A DNA stretch of 59,385 nt, the filler included. It is 4 parts of 4 records of this genome, joined end to end, with 100 filler letters (N's around TTAATTAATTAA, not from the genome) between each part and the next. Parts side by side here need not be neighbours in the genome. Positions count along the whole stretch, not along the records: positions 8,740 to 28,805 come from SRR31156797_7268; 3 more parts are not named here. The stretch is one strand, 5' to 3'. Below, piece by piece: positions 18,887-28,905 of the stretch. Position 1 is the first letter of the stretch; each line of letters opens with the position of its first letter. Below the pieces are notes generated by a model. It did not search any database. It saw nothing but the letters and a program-made list of their open reading frames with translations, and was not told the DNA's origin. The position numbers were made by a program, and so were the translations under genes.

Positions 18887-20512
18887 TTATTTAACTTTTT
18901 GTACTTTCCTCAGATCTAATAAGTTGAATGGATTAGGTTTGAGGCCGATCACATTACTTCTTACAAATCGTACAACTTTATCATAAAAGAGTGGAATTAC
19001 CGGACATTGGTCAATTATTATTTTCTCCATTGCCAAATAGACTTCATTTTTTTGTTGCTCATCGGTAATTAGTAGAGCTTTTTTATAAAGTAAGTCGTAT
19101 TGCTCATTTTCGAAACGTGTGTAGTTCGGTCCATTAGGGCTTTTATTTTTACTATAGAAAAGTGAAAGATAGTTTTCCGGATCGGGATAATCAGCAATCC
19201 AACTAGCTCTAAAAAATTGTGCTTCTCCCTTTGAAATGATGTTTCTGAATGAAGCTCCTGTACCTAAGTTAATGTTGATTTTGATTCCAATTTTAGATGC
19301 CTTGTGCTGTATATATTCGCATAAGTCCACATAATCTGAAGTAGTCAGCAAATCAATGGTTTCGGGGTAGCCATTGGTGTAACCTGCCGATTTTAAAATG
19401 TTTTTGGCCATTTGTAGGTTTGCGGTATATCCTTGAAGTGTTGAGGGATAGTGGTTTGTTAATGCGGGTGGAACTATGCCTTGATATGCCGGATAACCCA
19501 TATTATTTCTCAAATAACGGATCATCTCTTTGCGGTCAAAGCAATAATTTAAAGCCTCTCGAACAGCTTTCGGTATTACAGTGCCAGTTGTTGAGTCTAA
19601 ATTGAATCCTAAATATTCAGTATTGAGATATGGGGAAGTTTGCAAAGTGATGTTGCCATAATGCTCTTCTTTGAGTTCGCCGGATCGTGTGAGTAATGCA
19701 TCTTTGTATTGAGCATTTATACCGGATATAAAATCAATATTTCCCAGCATAAATTCCATAAATTCACTTTGCTTGTCAGTAATAAAACTAATATTGACAG
19801 CTTCCATGTAAGGTAGGGGGTTTCCATACTCATCTGATTGAAAATAGTCAGTATTTTTCCTTAAAATAATGGTTTCATTTTCTTCCCAGTGTTTTAAATA
19901 GAAAGGACCGGTTCCAATTGGATTTTTACCAAATTGATTTCCATAATGCTCAACTATTTTTTGAGGTACTACACCACAATATTGCATACCCAACATGCCT
20001 AAAAAAGGCGGGAAAGGCTTAATTAGTTTAATTTGCAGTGTGGTATCATCAACAGCCTTAAATCCATTAGCTCCGAAATTTTTATCTAAATTTGAGAAAA
20101 TCCATACGCCCGGACTGGAGTTTTGTGGTTTAATAATTCGGTTGAAACTGTATACAAAATCTTTCGCTGTGACAATTCTCTCATTGCTTTCATTCCAAAG
20201 CGCATGATCGTGGAAATAGACGTTTGATTTAATAATAAATGTATAAATCAATCCGTCATCACTAATGCTCCATCGTTTGGCGATCGATGGTTTTATGTTA
20301 AGATCAGAATCAAAGGTGATAAGGCCATCGAAAATCTGATGTACAGGCCAAATGAGTGTTTGACTCCTGGCATATATCGGATCTAAGGTGCTAATACCTT
20401 TTGATTCATTGTATCGAAAGATATTTTCAACTGATTTATTATCCGAATTACAACTTATTAAAATAAGAGAAACTAACAGGAGATGAATATATCTAATCAA
20501 TTTTGTATACAT
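18887..20512 (-). CDS. ABC transporter substrate-binding lipoprotein, family 5 (peptide/nickel)
   Basis: Lipobox LISC; TLDP, IFDGL, PSIAKRW.ISDDGL.YTF, PIGTGPF, WIADYPDPENYL. Confidence 0.9.
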   Translation of the reverse strand: MYTKLIRYIHLLLVSLILISCNSDNKSVENIFRYNESKGISTLDPIYARSQTLIWPVHQIFDGLITFDSDLNIKPSIAKRWSISDDGLIYTFIIKSNVYFHDHALWNESNERIVTAKDFVYSFNRIIKPQNSSPGVWIFSNLDKNFGANGFKAVDDTTLQIKLIKPFPPFLGMLGMQYCGVVPQKIVEHYGNQFGKNPIGTGPFYLKHWEENETIILRKNTDYFQSDEYGNPLPYMEAVNISFITDKQSEFMEFMLGNIDFISGINAQYKDALLTRSGELKEEHYGNITLQTSPYLNTEYLGFNLDSTTGTVIPKAVREALNYCFDRKEMIRYLRNNMGYPAYQGIVPPALTNHYPSTLQGYTANLQMAKNILKSAGYTNGYPETIDLLTTSDYVDLCEYIQHKASKIGIKININLGTGASFRNIISKGEAQFFRASWIADYPDPENYLSLFYSKNKSPNGPNYTRFENEQYDLLYKKALLITDEQQKNEVYLAMEKIIIDQCPVIPLFYDKVVRFVRSNVIGLKPNPFNLLDLRKVQKVK

Positions 20513-20577
20513 GAAATTGCAATAATATCGTTTAAAAACTTTAATTTCGTTACAAATCTATAATATCTGATTGAACT

Positions 20578-21093
20578 ATGTTTGAATTTCTTCAATACAT
20601 TTTACCTTCTTTGGTTGTTTTTGCTGCTGTTTATCTTGTTTTATATTTTCATTTAAAGCAACAAAGAGAAAAGCAAAAAATTGAAGTTTTATTGAATAAC
20701 CGAAAGTCAATATTGCCTATTCGGTTACAAGCCTATGAGAGATTGGTGCTATTTTTAGAGAGAATTACTCCTGAGGCATTAATAATGAGAAATCAGCGAC
20801 CCAACCTCACAGTTTACGATTTACAATCGAAGCTAATTAAAGCAATCAGAAGTGAATTTGATCATAACCTTTCTCAACAACTATATGTATCAAATGATGC
20901 CTGGAAAATGGTAAGAAATTCAAGAGAGAATGTGGTGAAGTTAATAAATAGCTGCGCTGAACAAAATGATCCTAAAAAACCAGCTATGCACTTAAGTAAA
21001 ACAATTCTTGAAGAATCTACCGGAGCCAATGATCCTACTCAAAAAGCAATTAAGTTCCTAAAAGAAGAAGCACAGGTTATTTTGAAAACATGA
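20578..21093 (+). CDS. Conserved Bacteroidota hypothetical membrane-anchored protein
   Basis: N-terminal TM helix; LPIRLQAYERLVLFLERI.P and IRSEFDHNLSQQLYVS..AW motifs. Confidence 0.75.
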   Translation: MFEFLQYILPSLVVFAAVYLVLYFHLKQQREKQKIEVLLNNRKSILPIRLQAYERLVLFLERITPEALIMRNQRPNLTVYDLQSKLIKAIRSEFDHNLSQQLYVSNDAWKMVRNSRENVVKLINSCAEQNDPKKPAMHLSKTILEESTGANDPTQKAIKFLKEEAQVILKT

Positions 21094-21248
21094 TAATTCA
21101 ATGTGCTTGTTATTAACCCCTTATGTTTTCACTTTAGTGTTATTTTCATGTTAAATTTTGGGGTTCTATAGTTGTTTCATAGGTAAAAATACCTAATTTG
21201 GCATACTAAGACGGGACAAACCTTGATTTGAAATAAAAACTTTGTATT

Positions 21249-22880
21249 TTGCAAGAAAAAGTTGTGATTAGAGTGCTCATTATCACATATTTTCTATTCT
21301 CACTGACTGCTGGTCATGCACAAACTGTATGGGGCGAATTGTTCACCGGAACGCAGGGTGCCGATATGGAAAAGGCTTATCAGTCAGTTTCATCTGGTAG
21401 TCAGGATAATATGGAATTAACTCAGCTAATAAGTTATGTAAAGACATTAAATGATTACGCTTTGCTGTATTTTCCTGATCTGAATGATACATTTCAAAAA
21501 AAGGCAATATCACATATTATTTCCACTGACTCTATTCAAGCAAATGAAAGCTCAGGAAACATCAATTGGTGGCGCACTAAATTTATACGTTTGATTCATA
21601 TCATGCCGCTTTATGTCATTCAAAAGCAAACCGATAAACTGGCCAAGCCACTAGATACGCTCGAGATTGCAGTACCGGGCACAGATAAAGTAATTTCGGT
21701 AATCGTCAATAATAGAGTTATTCAGGGCTATTTGTTAGCACAGGGAGAAGCATCTTCAATTGCTGATCAGGAACTTAGATTCTTGAATAGCGATGATGTG
21801 TATGATTTGATTGCTTATTATAGAGATGAGAAAGAACTTCCAACTCAGAACCAAACAGACAATACGCAATTATTGGCTGAGAATAGTGATTCTGTAAAGG
21901 GTAAAACAGTCGTATTAGCTGATAATACCAATAATAATCAGACTGACCAAACTGCTCAGAACAATCAGAATAATACAACCAATACAACTACAAATTACCG
22001 GACAAATAATAATTCCACTTATAATGCAGGAAATATCATGGAAGGCGTGGCCTTTAGAGTTCAGATTGCAGCTGCACGGAGAGAGCTCTCAGAAAGCGAG
22101 TTAAAGCAAAGATATTCCGGTACTAGAGAAGCTAAGACCTTTGAAGAGGAAGGCTGGATAAAATATTATGTGGCACAAACTGCTGATTTGAGCCAGGCAA
22201 AAAAAATAAAAACTGAACCGGGAATGCCGACCGATGCCTTTATAATGTCCTATCAAAATGGACAAAAAGCCCCTCAATATTTGTACAGTAGCTTTGATCC
22301 TAAACCTATAAGGGCTGATAACTATTTAGATCTTGGCCCTGAAACACGAGGTAATAAGATTTGGGTTGTTCAAATTGCAGCAGATCAGAAAGCTCTTAAT
22401 ATGACTGATATTAGAGCACGTTATGAAGGAACTATGCCAATTTATTATATCAATGAAGGCGTTTGGCACCGTTACTCAATAGGAATATTTAACAGTTTTA
22501 AAGAGGCTAATGTATTGAGAATGAGTTGTGGTGTGCCAGATGCTTTTGTAGCGGCCTACTTAAATAATACTCGTATTAATACCTGGGCATCGATGAAAAA
22601 CCCCGGTAAAATATCGAAAAAACCGATCCGATATATTGTGCAAGTTGCCGCCGCTCAAAATAAATTGACAGATAAAGAAATTAAAGAGCGATACAAAGGA
22701 GATAAAGAGATTATTTATTTCCAGGAAGATGGATACCACAAATATGCCATAGGCAGATTTAAAACATTTAAAAAAGCCCTGGAAGAAAGAGAAAAATGTG
22801 GTGTTCCTGATGCATTTATTAAAGCCTATAGAGGAAATCAGAAAATAGACTTAATACATGCGAAAAGTATTACAGACTAA
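21249..22880 (+). CDS. Exported protein with three SPOR-like repeats
   Basis: Signal peptide, N/T/Q-rich linker, three copies of .VQ[IV]AA...Y...E.G..[KR]Y...DAF..[AS]Y; start codon uncertain. Confidence 0.65.
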   Translation: MQEKVVIRVLIITYFLFSLTAGHAQTVWGELFTGTQGADMEKAYQSVSSGSQDNMELTQLISYVKTLNDYALLYFPDLNDTFQKKAISHIISTDSIQANESSGNINWWRTKFIRLIHIMPLYVIQKQTDKLAKPLDTLEIAVPGTDKVISVIVNNRVIQGYLLAQGEASSIADQELRFLNSDDVYDLIAYYRDEKELPTQNQTDNTQLLAENSDSVKGKTVVLADNTNNNQTDQTAQNNQNNTTNTTTNYRTNNNSTYNAGNIMEGVAFRVQIAAARRELSESELKQRYSGTREAKTFEEEGWIKYYVAQTADLSQAKKIKTEPGMPTDAFIMSYQNGQKAPQYLYSSFDPKPIRADNYLDLGPETRGNKIWVVQIAADQKALNMTDIRARYEGTMPIYYINEGVWHRYSIGIFNSFKEANVLRMSCGVPDAFVAAYLNNTRINTWASMKNPGKISKKPIRYIVQVAAAQNKLTDKEIKERYKGDKEIIYFQEDGYHKYAIGRFKTFKKALEEREKCGVPDAFIKAYRGNQKIDLIHAKSITD

Positions 22881-22908
22881 GAATTTGAAACCAACATAAA
22901 CTATTTAT

Positions 22909-23664
22909 ATGAAGAAATTGCTATACATTCAGGCGTTATTAGTTTTGGCAATTATGAGCTCGTGTATCTCACAAAAGAAAGTGTGGTTAATGCAAGACCA
23001 AACGAAGCAGAGCCAAACGGAATTTTTGAACCCACGTGAAGAGGCATATAAGGTAAACCCAGGCGACCGTCTTTTCATTAAGGTATATAGTAGCGATAAG
23101 CAAACAAGTAAGTTTTTCCAGACTGATTTACCAAACTTTATGAGTAACACGTATCAATATCTGAACAGTTATTCAGTAAATCCGGATGGATTTTTAAACT
23201 TTTCTTTTATTGAGAAAATAAAGGTTGAAGGCTTAACAGTAAATGAAGTGGAAAAAGCCTTACAGAAAACGCTTAACGAGTATTTTAAAGAAGTTACAGT
23301 TGTTGTAAAACTTGTGAATTTCTATGTTACTGTGCTTGGGGAGGTTGAAAATGAAGGTCGTTACACCAACAATGAAGAGCACTTAAACCTGCTACAGGCC
23401 ATTGCACTTGCCGGTGGAATTAAAGAATTTGGAGACAGAAGAAATGTTTCAATCATTCGTCATGATAAATCCGGAGCCAAAGTTCATTTTGTAGATTTAA
23501 CAGATAAAAAGGTTCTTGAATCTGATCTATATTATGTTCAACCAGGAGACGTAATATATGTTAAAACTTTGAAAAGCAAATCATTTGCATATGAGAAACT
23601 ACCTTACGCAATATTTGTATCAACTCTAGCTATTGCGATTTCAATAGTTGCAATACTTCAATAA
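22909..23664 (+). CDS. wza: Polysaccharide export outer-membrane lipoprotein (Wza/OPX)
   Basis: Lipobox MSSC; Y.V.PGD.L.I.V, VTVLGEV, LLQAIALAGG, YYVQPGDVIYV. Confidence 0.9.
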   Translation: MKKLLYIQALLVLAIMSSCISQKKVWLMQDQTKQSQTEFLNPREEAYKVNPGDRLFIKVYSSDKQTSKFFQTDLPNFMSNTYQYLNSYSVNPDGFLNFSFIEKIKVEGLTVNEVEKALQKTLNEYFKEVTVVVKLVNFYVTVLGEVENEGRYTNNEEHLNLLQAIALAGGIKEFGDRRNVSIIRHDKSGAKVHFVDLTDKKVLESDLYYVQPGDVIYVKTLKSKSFAYEKLPYAIFVSTLAIAISIVAILQ

Positions 23665-23714
23665 TTTATAGATAATTTATTATTAATCCCTGTTACATTT
23701 GTTTCAGGGATTTA

Positions 23715-26009
23715 ATGCTGTTTATGCAAAATAATCAACTAATTCAAGAGGAATCAATTAATCTGAAGCAGATTTTAAAAAAGAATCTGGCTTTTTGGCC
23801 ATGGTTTATGGTTTCTGTAATTATAGCATTGGCAGCAGCTTTTTTGTGGAGCAAAACAAATACGTTGAAATATGAGAGCTATGCTACTCTTCTAATTAAT
23901 AACAATAATAATGATCATGCTTTAAGTGAGATTTTATTTAATCAGGGTGCTAAACCTAATGTTTCTAATGAGGTTGGCGTGCTTCAATCGGTTGATAATA
24001 AGGAGAATGCTTTGAAGTATATGCCCCTTGGAGTTTCTTTTTATAAAGTTTCCCGTTTTAAGTTAATTGATCAATACAGTGCTCCACCTTTTTATTTGCT
24101 AATAGACTCTTTGCATTACCAACCTTTAAATGCTTTAATTAAAGTTAGCAGGCAAGCTAATGGAAAACTTTCAATTTTTTCTGATTCTGAAGCTTTAATT
24201 TCACAGTTAAAAGATTCTGATAAATCATTCGTTGCTGATCTTAAACTTGATACAATTATTGATATTGGAGAATGGCTAATCACCGATAAGATTGCGCTTA
24301 AGATTGATAGTTTAAAAATGGTGGAAACTGAAGAATATGCTTTTCGTTTGAATACACTGGGTGGTCAAATAAGTTTCTTTGAGTCGCTAAACATAGAGAT
24401 GGATAAAGAGTCATCTTTGGTAAAGCTTTATATCACTTCAGGTGATCCGCTAAAATCTCAGGATCTACTAAACTCCCTTGTGAAAGCATACCTTAGTAGA
24501 GATATACGTAAAAAGCTTGAGGAGCGATCAGAGCAAATTTTATTCATCGATCAATTAATAGGTGAAATTGCTGATACATTATCATTTTATGAAAATCAAT
24601 TGGCACAATTTCAAACGGAAAACTTATCTATTGGTATTGATGCTAAAAGCACAGATTTGTATGCTAAATACAGTAATTTACAATCGAAATTGACTCAGCT
24701 TTCCTTGCAGCAGAGATACTACAGATACGTTTCTGAACTTTTGGAAAAGGATAAAACATTAGGGGATTTAATTTCTCCAACCACACTTGGAATCAATGAA
24801 CCCATTATTACAGACCTTGTTTCTCAATTGATTGAGATGTACAATCAAAAGAGTGAAATAACTTTTAATACACGAAAAGACAATCCTTATGTCGGTGTGA
24901 TTGATGAGAAAATATTAAATCTGAAACAATCTCTTGTTAAAAACATTGAAAATAACCTGGAAGTATTAGAGTTAGCGCGTGATGAGCATGAACAACAATT
25001 AGCAAAGCTGGAAAAAAAGCTTGGAGGTTTGCCTGTAAAAAGCAAACAATTGAATGCATATGAAAGGAAGTTTAATGTAATTGATGAATTGTATACTTTT
25101 TTATTGAAAAAAAGGTCGGAGGCCCGTATTGAGCGGTCAGCTACAAGGCCATTAAACGAAGTTATACAATGGGCAACTCCTTTGACAACCCATCCCAAAG
25201 GAAGAAATTTAATTCAGATAATGATAATTGCCTTTATTCTGGGATTATTAGTTCCTTTTGGGGTAATTCAATTAAAATCTGGTTTTTACAACAAATTGGA
25301 AGATGAGTTGCAAATCTCAAAAGTCACAGATATTCCTGTTGCAGGACAAATATTACATATCAACAGTAAAACGAAGGATGTTTTTGATGACCCACTTTCA
25401 ATAGGAGCCGAGGCATTTAGGTCATTACGAACAAACCTTAGATTTTTTCATGATAATCAAGGCTCTAAAATATATTTAATTACTTCTACAAAACAGGGAG
25501 AAGGGAAAAGCTTTGCTTCTCATAATTTAGCACGTGCTTTTGAATTCAATAAGCAAAAAACCATTTTACTGCATTTTGATTTAAGAAAGAATGCTGATTC
25601 CTCCATTGGTTTATCAAGCTACTTAAGTAATCAGTGCGATTTGGATGAAATCTTGATTCATCATAAGGATAGGTATGATGAAATTTACCCTGGACCAACG
25701 CCGCCTAATGCCAGTGAATTAATAAATGTGGATCGGGTTAAAGAATTGATTGAGAGTCTGAAAGAGAAATATGATGTTGTAATTATTGATAGTCCACCTT
25801 TGGTACCTATTTCAGACGCTATTGTTTTGGCTACGCATACCAACATACAAATTTTTATTGCCAGAATGAATTATACCTCAATGGATTTGTTTAAACAAAC
25901 AATTAGTAAACCTTCTTTTAAAAGTTTTTCTAAGCCACTGCTGTTAATCAATGACATTAGAGCAAGAAATTCATATTATAGTTACTACTACAAAGGAAAG
26001 AAGTATTAA
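23715..26009 (+). CDS. wzc: Polysaccharide co-polymerase / BY-kinase (Wzc)
   Basis: Two TMs flank a coiled-coil periplasmic region; EAFRSLRTNL, Walker A TSTKQGEGKS, IIDSPP, C-terminal Tyr cluster SYYSYYY. Confidence 0.9.
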   Translation: MLFMQNNQLIQEESINLKQILKKNLAFWPWFMVSVIIALAAAFLWSKTNTLKYESYATLLINNNNNDHALSEILFNQGAKPNVSNEVGVLQSVDNKENALKYMPLGVSFYKVSRFKLIDQYSAPPFYLLIDSLHYQPLNALIKVSRQANGKLSIFSDSEALISQLKDSDKSFVADLKLDTIIDIGEWLITDKIALKIDSLKMVETEEYAFRLNTLGGQISFFESLNIEMDKESSLVKLYITSGDPLKSQDLLNSLVKAYLSRDIRKKLEERSEQILFIDQLIGEIADTLSFYENQLAQFQTENLSIGIDAKSTDLYAKYSNLQSKLTQLSLQQRYYRYVSELLEKDKTLGDLISPTTLGINEPIITDLVSQLIEMYNQKSEITFNTRKDNPYVGVIDEKILNLKQSLVKNIENNLEVLELARDEHEQQLAKLEKKLGGLPVKSKQLNAYERKFNVIDELYTFLLKKRSEARIERSATRPLNEVIQWATPLTTHPKGRNLIQIMIIAFILGLLVPFGVIQLKSGFYNKLEDELQISKVTDIPVAGQILHINSKTKDVFDDPLSIGAEAFRSLRTNLRFFHDNQGSKIYLITSTKQGEGKSFASHNLARAFEFNKQKTILLHFDLRKNADSSIGLSSYLSNQCDLDEILIHHKDRYDEIYPGPTPPNASELINVDRVKELIESLKEKYDVVIIDSPPLVPISDAIVLATHTNIQIFIARMNYTSMDLFKQTISKPSFKSFSKPLLLINDIRARNSYYSYYYKGKKY

Positions 26010-26195
26010 TTAACGTGAACTCCACCTAAGAGTACTGATTGTTCGCAGTCAATCAAGATTATAGTGTTATTCCGATTTTATTTGTTCGATGATTTGGGGA
26101 TAAATAGACGAATAAGCAAATCACCAATTTTGCGTAATGTGCTTAAAAACAAATGGTTGCAGATTGTTGATTTGTTTCTTACATCGAACTGACAA

Positions 26196-26609
26196 TTAGG
26201 AAGTTTTATTTATTTTATCAGCACTTTTCGCAATACGATCCGTACTTTTACAAAGTGGACAAAATGCATTACTATCGTAAATATTAAATGTAATATGGCA
26301 ATTATTGCAATAATGCCAGGATTCATGCACTTCAACATTTCCTCCACTTATTTCAATATTTGTATCTCTTACCAAAGCATTTGCCATTTTTCGGCGGGCA
26401 CTTTCATATATTCTGGTTAATGTAGGGCGAGAAACATCCATTATTTGAGCGACTTCTTCTTGCTTTAAGTCTTCATAATCTAATAATTTGATTGCCTCAT
26501 ACTCATCATAATTGAGGTAAATGGTATCCTTTAACTCATGGTTGTTTGATTTCCAACTTCTTTCAATTGGTGGTAGAAAAACTTTGCGTTTTCTGGTTCT
26601 GCGTGGCAT
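26196..26609 (-). CDS. DUF134 DNA-binding protein with C-terminal zinc ribbon
   Basis: MPR...R.V, DEYEAIKLLDYE...QEE.A..M.VSRPTLTRIYESAR.K; CNNC...CPLC. Confidence 0.88.
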   Translation of the reverse strand: MPRRTRKRKVFLPPIERSWKSNNHELKDTIYLNYDEYEAIKLLDYEDLKQEEVAQIMDVSRPTLTRIYESARRKMANALVRDTNIEISGGNVEVHESWHYCNNCHITFNIYDSNAFCPLCKSTDRIAKSADKINKTS

Positions 26610-26651
26610 GTTGAAGTGAATAGATTTTCTACAAATATAGAGTTTTAATAG

Positions 26652-27167
26652 CTAGCTTTTAATATTAAGGTATTTTCCTGTGTGCTTAATGATGTTGTTT
26701 AGGAATAGAATATTGAGCTCAAATCCATTTTCGTTGTGGTAGATTGTAATAAAACTTTCACCTTCCTGAATTGACCATCTGCGTTCCAGGGTTTTGTTCT
26801 CAAAGGCTTTTTCATCTTCTTCAGTCCATAATCCCATACCACTGTCATCATTACCGTAAAGCTCAACAATGTTTTCAAATATTTTTTCTATATGAGCTGG
26901 TGCAACTTCTTTTTCTGAAGTAAGCAGTCGAACGTTTATAGGATTGCTTCCGGTAAAATTATTTTTGTCAAAAAATACCCGGAATTGAACTTTATCTAGA
27001 AAACCCATTTCTTCCCATGGTAGTTTTCTTTCATACACAATCATAAACATAGCTTCGGTATCATGACTTTCAACCTCCTCATATTCACCATAGAAGAACG
27101 TTGTTAAATCATAAGTAAAAAGATCGAGAATACTTTTTTCTTTTTTACTTGTTTCGAAAAAACGCAT
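26652..27167 (-). CDS. Hypothetical protein
   Basis: 171-aa ORF with normal composition, lying co-directionally between recognisable genes. Confidence 0.6.
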   Translation of the reverse strand: MRFFETSKKEKSILDLFTYDLTTFFYGEYEEVESHDTEAMFMIVYERKLPWEEMGFLDKVQFRVFFDKNNFTGSNPINVRLLTSEKEVAPAHIEKIFENIVELYGNDDSGMGLWTEEDEKAFENKTLERRWSIQEGESFITIYHNENGFELNILFLNNIIKHTGKYLNIKS

Positions 27168-27292
27168 AGCAAGCTAGTTGTGTATTATTACAAAAATAAA
27201 CCTTTTTTACAACTTCACTCTAGTCATATATTATATTAACGACGAGTTAACAAGTATGTTTTGAAAGGGTATATTTTTCTGATAATCAATGA

Positions 27293-28660
27293 CTAATTTT
27301 GTGGGTCTGCAATTTCAATTTTATCATGTGAAGCAACGACACCCCGGGTTTTCCATCTGCCTGAAAGGTAATACCCCACTACAATTAATAACCCGATAAA
27401 CCATCCTATTGGATTGGCCCACCAAATACCAACATAACCCATTTCGTCTGAAAGAATGTATGCTAATGGAAGTCTAACGGCCCATAGGGCAAGCAATGAT
27501 GCTATCATTGGGATAATTGTGGCGCCTGCACCTCTTAATACACCCATTGTGCTGAACATGATTGCAAATATGGCATAAAATGATCCTACAATTGTTAAGT
27601 ATTCTGCCCCAATTGCAATCACATTACTGTCTTGCGTAAATAACCCCATTAAAGCGTGTCCAAAGAAAATCATAATTAAGCTAACCACAACACTGATGCT
27701 TACCGACATCAAAATAGTGGAAACATATCCACTTCGGACCCTTTCTAATTTTCCGGCACCCATGTTTTGACCAACAAACATAGATAGGGCAGAACCAAAG
27801 TTCATTGCTGGTAATGTGGCTAATGAATTCAATCGCATTGCAACACTATAAGCAGCAATTACGTTAGTTCCAAATTGGTTGACAATTCCCATTAAGGCAG
27901 TCATACCAAGTGCAACAAATGATTGTTGAAAAGAGGTTGGCAACCCTATTCTTAAACTTTTCTTAAAAATTTCTTTATCAAAAACCAGGTTTTTAAATGA
28001 GAAGTTGATTAGCTCATGGGTACGGTTTAAATATATGACAGCCGTAAAAAATGCTCCTCCCTGTGAAATTACTGTGGCCCATGCTGCACCTGCAATACCC
28101 CACTCAAATACAACGATAAATAATAAGTCGAGCAATACATTAAATATTGTAGCAATAATAATGAAATATAAAGGTGTTTTACTATCTCCTAATCCTCTTA
28201 ATATGCTACTAGTGGTATAAAATCCAAAAAATACAAATGCGCCAGCAATATAAATATTAAAATATTCAATAGCTTGGGGAATAAGATTTTCGGGTAATAG
28301 CAAGAGGCGGAATATATCTTCCGAAAATATCAGCCCTATAGCAGAAATAACTATTGAAACCAAAAACATGAAAATCAAAATAGTATCAATTGCCTTTACA
28401 ACCTCGTCATATTTTTTAGCTCCAAAAAATTGAGAAATAACAATTGTCGCACCTGAGCCAATGCCAATCACAAATGAAATTAAGGTAAAAATTACAGGGA
28501 AAGATGCTCCAACAGCAGCAAGAGCTTCTTTGTTAATGAAGTTACCAACAATGATACTGTCAACAATATTATAGAATTGCTGGAAAAGATTGCCAACCAA
28601 CATGGGTAATGCAAATTTAAAAATCTGTCCGCTTTCTTTTCCGGTTGTTAAGTCCCTCAT
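27293..28660 (-). CDS. MATE-family efflux transporter
   Basis: DLTTG, FQQFYNIVDSIIVG, LRGLGDSKTP, GIAGAAWATVISQ; about 12 TM helices. Confidence 0.95.
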   Translation of the reverse strand: MRDLTTGKESGQIFKFALPMLVGNLFQQFYNIVDSIIVGNFINKEALAAVGASFPVIFTLISFVIGIGSGATIVISQFFGAKKYDEVVKAIDTILIFMFLVSIVISAIGLIFSEDIFRLLLLPENLIPQAIEYFNIYIAGAFVFFGFYTTSSILRGLGDSKTPLYFIIIATIFNVLLDLLFIVVFEWGIAGAAWATVISQGGAFFTAVIYLNRTHELINFSFKNLVFDKEIFKKSLRIGLPTSFQQSFVALGMTALMGIVNQFGTNVIAAYSVAMRLNSLATLPAMNFGSALSMFVGQNMGAGKLERVRSGYVSTILMSVSISVVVSLIMIFFGHALMGLFTQDSNVIAIGAEYLTIVGSFYAIFAIMFSTMGVLRGAGATIIPMIASLLALWAVRLPLAYILSDEMGYVGIWWANPIGWFIGLLIVVGYYLSGRWKTRGVVASHDKIEIADPQN

Positions 28661-28805
28661 TAAGTTCTTTTATGCTGACCTGTAATACAATTTAAAGTCC
28701 ATTAAGTTGCGAAAATAAGAAATGATTACGAGTATAAAGTTTATTGAAATAAAAAATGCTACTCTTAGTTTAGTGCTTCATAATCTTATCTAACATAATA
28801 TGCTG

Positions 28806-28905
28806 NNNNNNNNNNNNNNNNNNNNNNNNNNNNNNNNNNNNNNNNNNNNTTAATTAATTAANNNNNNNNNNNNNNNNNNNNNNNNNNNNNNNNNNNNNNN
28901 NNNNN
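28806..28905. other. Artificial contig spacer
   Basis: N44-TTAATTAATTAA-N44. Confidence 0.98.
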
